A stretch of 18,801 nt of DNA, from assembly GCF_000143415.4 (NCBI RefSeq), contig NW_003314470.1, positions 1-18,801 of the forward strand, given 5' to 3'. Position numbers and translations under genes: made by a program. This stretch comes from Selaginella moellendorffii. Taxonomy: Eukaryota > Plantae > Lycopodiophyta. Positions 1 through 9,790 of the stretch are shown here, piece after piece; position 1 is the first letter of the stretch; every line of letters begins with the position of its first letter. The notes under the pieces were generated by a model that made no database searches, had not been told where the DNA came from, and saw nothing but the letters and a program-made list of their open reading frames with translations.

Positions 1-1672
1 GACACCATTTTGATGACGGGTGATACATGCGCCTCGCAAGAAATGGTTGTCCTAGGTTGGTTCTTGAACTCAGCCGAACTCGTCCCACCACGTGGAAGCC
101 AACCATTCCCTAGCTCCGCAAGACAAGCACGAATATATTCTTCGAGAGTGATACCTGTGCGGGTGCTGGAAAGAAACTTCTCATCCCAGACTTGTAGCAT
201 CTCCTCACCAGCGGCAATACTCTGAGAAATGTACGCCTTCTCCTTCATCACCTTCTCCATCCTTATCTCGCAGCGTTTTTCGTTATTTCGCAGCCAAGTG
301 TTGAGAAGTTCCAAGCAGACACTTTGTTCAGCAAAGGACATTTTACTCTTAGAGATGTTGTAAATGAGTTCCTCCGGTGCTTTATCAGTTCCTACACACA
401 CAAAGAGTTATGAAATGTTTCACAAATTTTATAAGAACTTACGAACGCGAGAACAAATCTCGGCAATGCTATCAAGCCATTCCTGCCCGCGTCGTATGTC
501 TGCAATCGAGAGCAACTTTTTCACCTTTGTTCTCTTCGTATTCAAAATTCGCTGCTCAATCGCATGCCACTCCATCTCCTTCTGCTGCTCGTCCCCTCGA
601 GCATTTTTAAAGAATGACGCTCTTTCTCCTTTGATTATGGGCTGCAAGAAACATTATGTAAGTTGATACATACTTCAATAATAATTTACCTTCGCCCAGA
701 CAGCAACTAGAAAATCAAGTGGCAGTTGGTACCAAGTCTGCAATTCTTGGCCTTTCCTAGCTCCTAGCTTCACTCGAATTGCTTCAAATACCTCACGATT
801 GTACAACGTTTGGACCTCCTCTAGCGAGAGCATGCCCATAAACCGAAGGTGCTCAATGTCATGTACCAATGTATGAGCTTGAAACGCAAATTGGTTTAGC
901 CTGCAAAAACACGATATTAGCTAAGTTTACAAAAAATAAATTCTTACATGTTGATCTTATGGCATGCCATGTTGAGCTTCACAGTGTGCTCCCGAGTCAT
1001 TGGTTCGACAAGTGTGACTGGAACACTAATGTGTCGTTCTTCGTCATCTCGGAACTTCTCTTGAATGCACTTCCAAAATGCCAGCCACCTATGGTTTCCA
1101 TCGATCACCCAAAAGAGCTTTCCAATGAACCCTGCTGTCTCCACATGTTGTCCTAAGAATCCATCAAACTCACGAGACTTTCGCAGCCATATAGGATCCC
1201 ATTTTTCCTCAAGTTCAGTAGTCACTGACTCTGTCCGGCCGGTTCCAGGGAAAGTTGGTGAAACGATGAAGGTACCAGCTGTGCTCCCAAACCCGACCTC
1301 GGCAAAGGAGCTGTAGATAGCCATGTTGAGGTCGTAAGCTGAGCGCACCCAATGGCTTTGAACCAATCGGCACAAAGGAACTAGAAATCGATGAGGGCCA
1401 TTCCACGCCATTTCCTGTAACACTTTACTGACTGTCCGTTCTTGAGCTTGGATAATTGTGTCCCGAACACGATCATTCAAGATGGTGTCAGAATCATGCA
1501 TGCATAATCCCTCACCACCATTAGCTCCCCCTGCACCACCAGCCTGAGGAGCAGTAGGAGCAGCTACCATGCCCCTAGTAGCCTCTGTAGTAGATCCACC
1601 TACAACGCTACCAATAATGTCCTCAGCTGGTTCATTGACCTGGCCGCGAGCAGCCTCAGCAACCGAAGGCAT
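1..1672 (-). CDS. Multi-exon protein with N-terminal ParB/Sulfiredoxin-like domain; 3' end lies beyond the left edge of the window; probable transposon accessory gene
   Basis: Manual splicing gives exons 1672-948, 900-690, 641-443 and 391-<1, with GT-AG introns of 47, 48 and 51 bp. The frame stays open to the window edge. Motifs in ParB-N order: VPLCRL..VR...SSFAEVGF..FIVSP...WVIDGNHRWLAF...SVPVTLV...CHKIN. The start at 1672 (MPSVAE) is inferred, because upstream in-frame sequence to 1852 looks like a low-complexity UTR. Confidence 0.75.
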
Positions 1673-2080
1673 AGGGGATAGAGGAAAAAACCGCGCACGA
1701 ACCAACCTTTTCGAGCTTGAGTCTCTCTCACTTGTCACAAAAGAATGAAACTCTCTTGAAGGGAAGAGAGCATGGAGATGAGAGGGAGAACAAAAAATCA
1801 ATGCTACAACTTTTGTGATTGATTGGCGCTTCTCACTCATAACCACATTCATTTCAACATTATTATTCCTCTCACAATCAATTATACAATTAATATGGGC
1901 GGCTCTTTAAGATTCTCATATCTCTCTAGATTCTAAACGGTTGTATATTTTGTTAAAATAATTAACTTGTCCTTTGCAAGGACATAGCTAATTAATGCTC
2001 ACAATACAGAAGAATATCTTTGTTCTTTCTTGTCAGTTTCTCCCCAAATTTTTTTCTAAGTGCTCGAGCAAGGAGAAGAT
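1673..2080. promoter_or_regulatory. Probable bidirectional promoter between the ParB-like gene and the transposase
   Basis: ~408-bp spacer between divergent ATGs, with an AT-rich core (~1850-2000) and pyrimidine-rich leaders on each sense strand. Confidence 0.45.
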
Positions 2081-5000
2081 ATGAGAGAATTCTATTTGAA
2101 GTTCGATCAAGAGCCTCCAATTGTTTTCTCTAGGAGTGTTATAGGAGAGACCTTCCTCTGCAGAAGATTCAAGCTGAAGCCAGGATCAGTTAGTTTGGAG
2201 AATGTATGTCGTGATAAGGGTAATCAGATAGAAAAATCCATTCTTCTCGACAGTGGTGTGGGAGAGAATGGGATTCAATGGGATCTTGATAGATGTACAG
2301 GTCAAGAGATTCTAGTTACAGGATCTCCGAAGCGAGGAGAGGAGAGCGCATCAGTTTCACAGCCAACTGTGCAAAGAGTGAAGGATGAAGTTATTATTCT
2401 CTCCAGTGACGAAAATGAAGAAGATGAGCTTCCTGACATAGCTTCCCAGACAAGTAGGTGTGTTCCTTCTGGACCAGTTTTTGAAGTGGTGGATAAGGCA
2501 TTTCGGCAATCTCGATCATTACGGTTGGAATTGAAGGAGTTCCAGTACATGAGAGGTGAGGAGCTTCCTTCTTCCTATAATGGGAATATATTCTTCGAGT
2601 TTCCACCAGCAAGTTCGTCAAGCAGGAAAAGGGGTATGGAAACACGTCTTGATCCACATAATTGGTGCAGAGTAAAGACGACCCACTTCTCTCATTTCGA
2701 TGGATCTGTGTCCATAGTCCATTGCGGTGGACAGCTTCAGTGTGTCGCTGAGAAATGCATTTCTGATCATGGCAAGAATATGTGTTTCTTTGAAGGCTCA
2801 GCAATCAATCCCCCTAGGCGTGATGAAGTTGCTACAGGATTTAGATGTCGCAAATGCGGGGCAACACCTGTGTGTCAAGCATGTTGCGATGCGAAAATGT
2901 ATTATTTTCTTCCACGGGATGGATGTTTAGGCAGAGCAGCAGTGCATATTGGATACCACCAACACGCAATTGAGGAAGGAATCCGCCGTGATTCTTTTCG
3001 CAATTTGAAGACTGCTGTTACTACAGAGGCTAGGAAGAAAAGTGCAGCAACTCCAAAGTGTGTTCAACAGTCTATACTAAAGGACTATGTGGTGGACATG
3101 TTGTTACAATCTGATAGCCAAAAAGAGTTCACGGAGAATAGCTTGAAGGACCTACTTCGAAATATAGAACCTATGACAAATTTAAACAGGTATAAAATTA
3201 ACACTTAACTCTACTTTATCACTAATAACACTCTTTTTTTTTGTAGAATAAAGAACTGGATGCGAGAAGGGCGAGATGGAAAGCTTCAATCTGGATTGGA
3301 TGGGATTTTGGAGCTAAAGAGAAAATGTCCCTATGAGTTTATTCATGGGAGCTTATTCGTTGGCCAAGTGACTTCGAACAATCAACGCCCTTTCATCTTT
3401 AAGATGTCTACCCTTGGTCCTGCTTCTGGTGTGGACCTTGTACAACGAATGGATATGGATGGAGATGGGGATTTAGCTAATTCCTGGATCCATTTTGACC
3501 ATATGGAACGAGTTTCAGGCTGGTCAACAATGGGAGCTCATGTTTATGATCACAAGTAAGTGGCTTTTCATTTTTTAAGGATCTATACCAATTTACATTA
3601 TAACCATTCCTTTTATAGGTTGCAGTGCAATTTGACTATAGCTATAGCCGAATTCAAAGTTCAAGATTTTCAAGCACAAACCATCTTTTGGACATGTATG
3701 TCCGAGGTTGTTGAACAGCGAACCGGGAAGAAACCCAACTTCCGTGGTTTCATGGCAGATGCAGCTGGTGCTAACTGGTTGGCTGTACGACAAGTATTCG
3801 GAGGTGATAAAAGTCAGCCATTACAAGGTAGAGAGAAGAGTTGTGAGTTTCATTGGGCAAAGAGCGTCAATGAACATTGCCGATGCATCAAGTCTACCTT
3901 CCATCACGAGTTCAAGCAGCTTTGTCGGAAATGGATGGATGCACCAACTAAAGAGGAGCACGAGGCAAAGGCAAATGAAATGCGCATATGGTGGCGTGAA
4001 GGAGACAAAGTGCCAATTGAAAACCTTCCACAAATGGAATGCTGGCTTGCATGGTGGGAAGTTCGAATGTTTCAGTGGGGTCATTATACTCTCCATGTAA
4101 GCTTTCTCTCATTTTCTTTCTTGTCACATTCAAATGTTGCATTTTTTGTAGGATCAACCACTTGATGATATTGCACTTACACCAACAATTAATCTCTCTG
4201 AGAGCAAACATTGGAGTTGGAGAGCTTCCGAAGCAGGGAAGGGAAAAGTGTCCCTCTATGAAGCTACACTCTCCGACCTCACTAGATCTCTTGAGCAATC
4301 ATCAAAAGCTTTGGCTGCACAGGAAGCAAGGTTTGCTGGTACAGGTCCGAACTTAGACAGGCTTCAAGAGCGGGTTGGTAGAAGGACAACACCAACAGCA
4401 GGGTCAATGTCCAAGATGGTGGAGGAAGTTGTTGCTGGAACTCCTATGAAATCAAGTTATGAGCCACTTGGGGACATGAGAACAGCCCGTATGAAGCGTC
4501 GACAGACATTTGATGGGTCAAACATCACTCCTTCTAGCTCTCACCGTCCAGAGTTTGACTACCATTCTGTTCCACGACACCGGAAAAGAACTAAGGAACA
4601 TGGAGTGGAGGAGGTGCCAGTTGTTACACAAGTAAGTCCAGTGCCAGAGGTTGAAAAGGTTATTTCTCGCGAGCCAGTTTCTCGTATCAATTGGGCAATT
4701 CGAAGAGTCAGTGCCAAGAGCAATGCACGTTGCTCTGGAATGATTGGGAGTCGAGGTCAGTGTCTCGCTTTTGTGCGCTCAGGTTCAAGTTCTTCAGCAG
4801 TGCCATGTTTCTGGGGCTGTCGAGATCTAGGAGTGAAGGGCCGCCAGTCAAGCTGGATCTACTGTTGTGGGACTGATGTTACTCATACAAGCAGGATCCA
4901 CAGCTCAATTATTTTGAAGCCAGATTCTGTGCCAGAGGAGTGGCCAGTTGAGCGAAGCTGCAATCTTTTGAAAGAAGAGATTGAAAGTCTGGAGAGAGCA

Positions 5001-5444
5001 GGTTTCAAGCTAAAGACTTCCTCAAATGTTGCTATTAGTACTGCTATGCCACCAATATCAACACTAGACCGGCATACACGACCAGCTAGGAATGGGAAGG
5101 CTATACAATACAGGTCTTCCATTTCGAAAGGTGCACAAGAGAAGATCAAGTTGGCAAAAGAGCTAAAGTGCACAATCACAAAGACAAACTACATCAGTGC
5201 TATGGCTAAGGAGTTTATTATTGTGACTGAGTCATCAAAGGGTACGAGCTACACTGTTAAAATCTGCGAAAATCCATCCTGTACCTGTCCAGATTTTACA
5301 CAGCGGGAGAACAGGGGAAAGGTATATTTAGCCTGCAAGCACATCTATTACATTTTTATGCAGGAACTAAACCAAGATCCTAAGATCGACCATCACATCC
5401 ACCAGGCAAGCCTTACAGTTGCGGAGCTTGAGAAGTGTTTTTAG
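2081..5444 (+). CDS. Mutator-like (MULE) DDE transposase with GCM/WRKY-like Zn domain and C-terminal SWIM finger, ~1062 aa, 4 exons
   Basis: Exons 2081-3189, 3247-3555, 3619-4096 and 4152-5444 (GT-AG introns of 57, 63 and 55 bp) total 3189 nt with no stops or frameshifts. Catalytic motifs: HFD (D 3497-3499), FMAD (D 3758-3760), CEFH (3842-3853), TINLSESKH (E 4200-4202). SWIM: CTCPDF...CKH (5280-5342). GCM-like region 2651-2968: W..CGGQLQC...C...CRKC...C...GYHQH. Confidence 0.85.
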
Positions 5445-5543
5445 ATTGCTTTTAGTGTTCGGATCTATATTTATATTTGTATTTTATTAGTCGAATTTAC
5501 TTGGAAATATAGATTAAATCAAAATTTGAAGAATGGAAAGATG

Positions 5544-5616
5544 TTGGTTCGGGACGAACCAATGTTTTTCTTGTGTTTGAGAAGCCATGAGCTCAGCTCG
5601 TGAGCTCATGAGCTCA
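5544..5616. repeat. Cluster of short palindromes/hairpins downstream of the transposase
   Basis: TTGGTTCG-gga-CGAACCAA (5544-5562). TGAGCTCA at 5588, 5601 and 5609. 10-bp stem 5586-5595/5601-5610. Perfect 16-bp palindrome TGAGCTCATGAGCTCA (5601-5616). Confidence 0.7.
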
Positions 5617-6479
5617 AAACCTACCCGGGCTCGAACTGAACCATACAAATCGAAGGGTATAACCAACGGTGGTTATGCAAGTTGGGAGTGGAGAATTAAG
5701 AGGGTGCTTGAGGATGTTGTTACTAGCAACCACGGTGTTATGGAAAGTCTAAAATGTGGAATTATCCATGTTGGACCATATGGTGGGTAAGGATCTTGCA
5801 AAGGAGAAGCCTTAGTAAGCTAAGGAACATAGTTCCTTGAAGGTTCCCAAAAACAATTCTAGATGAATAAATACCTAGAAAGCCAAGGGTAAATGATTCC
5901 TAGAATGCGTGAAATCAGAGTGGCGCAGCAAAAGCATGGTCTTGAAGCTAGCCATGAGGCGAGGCTATCAAGGTTGGGGAAGTAGTTCATCATGATGCAC
6001 AGTTAGATTGTTTAGTGTGAAAGCTCGGCATATCTGGTACAAGTGGCACCAAGGACGTGGTGAATGAGATGGGGACACCCAGTCTCAGTTGCTATGGACC
6101 CTTGGCCGGAAGGGTTGGCTTGGGTGCACCGCCAAGTGTGGGGGATGCCCCCGGGGTCATGGTCAACAACTTAAAGGTCTAGAAGACCTAGTACCTATTG
6201 GCAAATCTGTTAGGGTACCAAGGTTAGATCACTAGGTGATCTTATGGCTAAAATAATGATAAGGTCCTTGTGAGGTTAAGGGATAAAGTTCCTAATTCAA
6301 AAGTGTTGATTTGAACTATTGATGATGGTGTGGCTTGGTTAAGTTGACTAAGTAGGAAGAACACCTAGGGGAAATGAGCTATGCCAATGCGATGGCATAG
6401 TAAATCCGAGGAAAGTAGTCTTTATAAGAGATCCATGGGAGGGTCTCAAAGTTAGGCCATGGATAGAGCCCACAACAAA

Positions 6480-9130
6480 AGATGTTAAAGAAACGTACTA
6501 AGGGTGAACACCCTCTGGACTTGGCAAAGCAAAGTGTTTGCTATGGAACCGAAAGGATACCTCGAAAATGAAGGTAGCGATCCTATGTTGCTGGGTGCAA
6601 CAATCAAGGATAAGAGCAAAAGACTAGTGGTTAAAAAAAAAGCCATAGGAATCATGGGAAAGAATCCAAATCGCAAAGTTAAGCCAAGAACACTAAGGTG
6701 TTGGGGGCTAACGGATTGTGGGAAAGGCAATGTATTCCCAAGGATGGATTCCTAATTACTCCGATTTGGCGAAAGTAGAAGCTCTAAAGGCAGGGAGCGG
6801 TAAAGTAGCCAAATGATAGGGACGGGAACAACCCTAGCACAAATTAGGATAACTGGAACTTAGTGCCAAATGTCGCACAAAATGGGAAAGAGGATGATGG
6901 TGCCCTCAAATAGAGAACTTCCAAAGATGGGAAGTGAAGTTGCACCATATATGCAATGCAAAGTGTCGGAAACACTTAGGAAATTGACTTTGACAAGACA
7001 AATTTCAAAGTTCCAAAGTGCAAGTTTATATCAATGGGAACTAAGGCTACTCAAGAGTGAGTAGCGGGATTGAGATAGAAGAGGTGCCTCTAACGGGTTT
7101 AGCAAGAACTAAACCAATGAAAGGGAAAGAACCACCATAGGTGGTCGATCAAGTCTCTATGTCAGAGAGACTATGTGCCTTAGAGGATGGAAAAGGCATG
7201 GTGAGCCTTCAGTGTCATACCATTGACGAATATTGGCTAGGTGCTAAGGATGGAAAGGGTAATACATGTTGGTGTTACTTTATAAAAATTGTTTACTATT
7301 CGATGAGGACATCGAACTTCGTCTATGGGTGGTCGAGTTGTGAGACACAAAATCCCTAGGCCCCAAAGTGGAGCCGAAAGGGTGCCATGTGGTAGTGGCC
7401 AAAGCGAAAGCCAAACAAGCGTAACATGTTTGGACTGTAAGCTCTGACTTGAAAGGTTGAGAGCGGGAGTGGAACTCCCAACAAAGTGCTCGAAGAACGA
7501 GCACAAAGCGAGCAATAAACAAGGCTCCAAAAAGGGACCCAAAAGGAGCAACACATGACACATGGAAGAGTCCGAGATGGACCCGAGTTGGAGGTTGAGG
7601 TGGAGTTCGAGATGGACCCAAGATGGAGTCCGAGATGGACCCGAGTTAGAGGCTAAGGTGGAGTCCGAGATGGACCCAAGATGGAGTCCGAGATGGACCC
7701 GAGATGGAGTCCAAGATAGACCCGAGATGGAGTCCGAGATGGAGTTCGAAATGGACCCGAGATGGAATCCGAGATGGACCCGAGATGGAGTCCAAGATGG
7801 AGTTTGAGATGGACCCGAGATGGAGTCTGAGATGGACCCGAGATGGAGTCTGAGATGGAATCTGAGATGGAGTCCGAGATGGAGTCTGAGAAGGACCCGA
7901 GATGGAGTCCGAGATGGACCCGAGATGGAGCCCGAGATGGAGCCCGAGATGGAGTTTGAGATGGACCCGAGATGGAGTCTGAGATGGACCCGAGATGGAG
8001 TCTGAGATGGACCCGAGATGGAGTCTGAGATGGAATCCGAGATGGAGTCCGAGATGGAGTCCAAGAAGGACCCGAGATGGAGTCCGAGGTCGAGACCGAG
8101 ACTGGGACTGAGACCGAGACCGAAACCAAGACCAGAACCGAGACCGAGACCAAGATCGGGATTGAGACCGAGACCGAGGCCGAGGCCGAGACCAAGCCTG
8201 AGCCCGAGTCTGAGTCCGAGTCCGAGTCCGAGTCCGAGTCCAAGTTCAAGTCTGAGAGGGTGAAAACCCAAAGCGTTCATCTCCCAGACCCTAGGGGGTT
8301 TGGTGAGCTCCAAAAGTATAGTAAGGGGGAGGACTGCAGTGGAGCCAGTTTGGCCAGGAAATGCCAGTTTGGCCTAGGAAGGCTGTACCCAATGTGATGA
8401 GGTGCCCACTGGGAAGTCCAAGACTAGAGTGAACACGGACCGACAAGCGGGGTAGCTTGGTGAAGTGTTCAAGAGCTGGCTCTAGTTCCCCCGAGAGATC
8501 AACTGGTCGATGCTCCCAATCCAAGTGTGGGTGGCATTACCTACTTGGATACCTAGTGTGGCTCAACGGAACCTCGCTTTAAGCCCATGGCTAGAGCACC
8601 CAAAGGCAGAAGGTGGGGAGAGTATCCATGAGGCTTGCGTAAGGCTACGGTGTTCCGAAATGTTGTCCCAAAGCCCTAGACGGTGAAAAGGAAGAGGAGC
8701 AACCCTCTAGTGAAGTGACCATGGATACGGTCACATGGTGAGGAAGTCCTAAAGGATAGTGGGACTTAGAGGTCGGGCTTGGGGGCCTCGATCTAGTGGT
8801 AGTGTTGGCAAACACGGCCATGGACAGGAAGGGACTTGGTGAGGACCGGAAAGGAGATATTGGAGAAGGCTATTTCCCATGTCTGCGGGCATCCTAAAGA
8901 TGCTAAAGAGTGGATCGGGGATGACCACTCATGGACAGATGGCCCAGTCTTGGAGAGATGGGATTGTAATGCAGGTGGTGTTGGACCATGGATGTGACCA
9001 AGGTGAATGGCAAATAGACACGGCCATTGTAGTAGAGGATCCCATCCACCAATGAGAAAGGGGCTTCCATCTGGTCTCGCAAACAGGCCACCTCAGCATC
9101 CTGAGCCTAAGCATGCTCAACCAGCTGCCC
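6480..9130 (-). pseudogene. Heavily eroded Gypsy integrase region, split by a tandem repeat
   Basis: Colinear motif ghosts follow RNase H: DGILYYNGRVYLP..HHLH..GH (~9050-8920), RKPHG (~8630), WEHRPVDL (~8510; cf. WExISMDF), LEHFTK (~8465; cf. VDRFSK), FW..LG and GFHP (~8315-8258; cf. AYHP), MAPF..FG (~7385), NIGS..GSIA..RVF (~6590-6505; cf. GPF..AY..HPVFHV). Many stops and indels. Confidence 0.55.
7563..8250. repeat. Compound tandem repeat: 11/12-bp units followed by hexamers
   Basis: GACCCGAGATG / GAGTCCGAGATG units at ~7563-8085, then GAGACC / GAGTCC hexamers at ~8086-8250. Confidence 0.95.
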
Positions 9131-9194
9131 AAACTCGCTAACCACCTTACTCAAATGATGACAAAATCGTGTTTGTAATGTCATCACATGACAA

Positions 9195-9790
9195 ACACGA
9201 GATAAAGCATCTGCCACCACATTTGATTTTCCCGGATGATACTCAATAGGAAACTCCCCAAACTCCATGAGTTTAACCATCTAACGAGCTTGCCTAATGT
9301 TCAACTCCTTTTGTGTTAAAAGATACACAAGTGGTTTGTGGTCTATCAACACCACAAACACTGCACCATAAAGATAGTGCTACCATGTCCGCAAAGCATG
9401 AACAATAGAGAGTAACTCTTGCTCATATGTGAAATAGTGTTGTTCTGCAGAATTCAAAGTTTGACTCTCATATGCAATAGGCTGTCCCTCTTGCATGAGA
9501 ACTCCTCCCAATGCATAACCACTCGCATCGCATGTCATCTCATAAAGTTTTGATGGATTAGCAATGCAAAGCACTGGAGTCTCGCTCAACAATCGTTTCA
9601 GCGCCACAAAACTCTCCTCTTGTGGCTGCTTCCACTCGAATGACACATTCTTGTGTAACAACTGCATCAAAGGAATAGCCATCTCGGCAAACTTATGCTG
9701 GAAACATTGGTAGTAACTAGCTAAACCAAGAAAACTACACAACTTGGCCACTGTAGTCGGTGTAGGTCAGTTTTCCACCACAGCCACCTT
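9195..9790 (-). pseudogene. Gypsy RT-connection/RNase H domain (with stops)
   Basis: SFLGLASYY, TCDASGYALGGVLMQ, YEQELLSIVHALRTW*, DHKPL, NVVADALSR. Confidence 0.9.

Larger units (their letters stand above)
1..5640. mobile_element. Putative two-gene Mutator-like DNA transposon (left end outside the window; right end uncertain)
   Basis: Intact MULE transposase plus a divergent partner gene. Palindrome cluster at 5544-5616 downstream of the transposase. TIR and TSD cannot be verified because the other end is missing. Confidence 0.55.

Noticed and set aside
944-1400. Bacterial parAB locus or contamination; sulfiredoxin
   Set aside because: The gene has spliceosomal introns, there is no parA nearby, and the Srx catalytic Cys motif is absent.
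1673-1852. N-terminal 60-aa extension of ORF 944..1852
   Set aside because: Low-complexity, pyrimidine-rich leader-like sequence. The ATG at 1672 is a more plausible start, though unproven.
2302-5179. Short antisense and alternate-frame ORFs overlapping the transposase
   Set aside because: Shadow ORFs of the real gene, with no motifs.
5450-6480. 3' LTR, polypurine tract and chromodomain of the Gypsy element
   Set aside because: No convincing match to sequence upstream of the PBS and no clear PPT. A SYLVN ghost near 6350 is too weak to call a chromodomain.
7563-8250. Possible CRISPR-like array
   Set aside because: Contiguous 6-12-bp tandem units with no unique spacers, eukaryotic context, no cas genes.
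7237-8397. Long ORFs (358 aa and 198 aa on minus; several on plus) with LGLGLG/SDSISG/ETET repeats
   Set aside because: They are by-products of the stop-poor tandem repeat, open in several frames, with no domain content.
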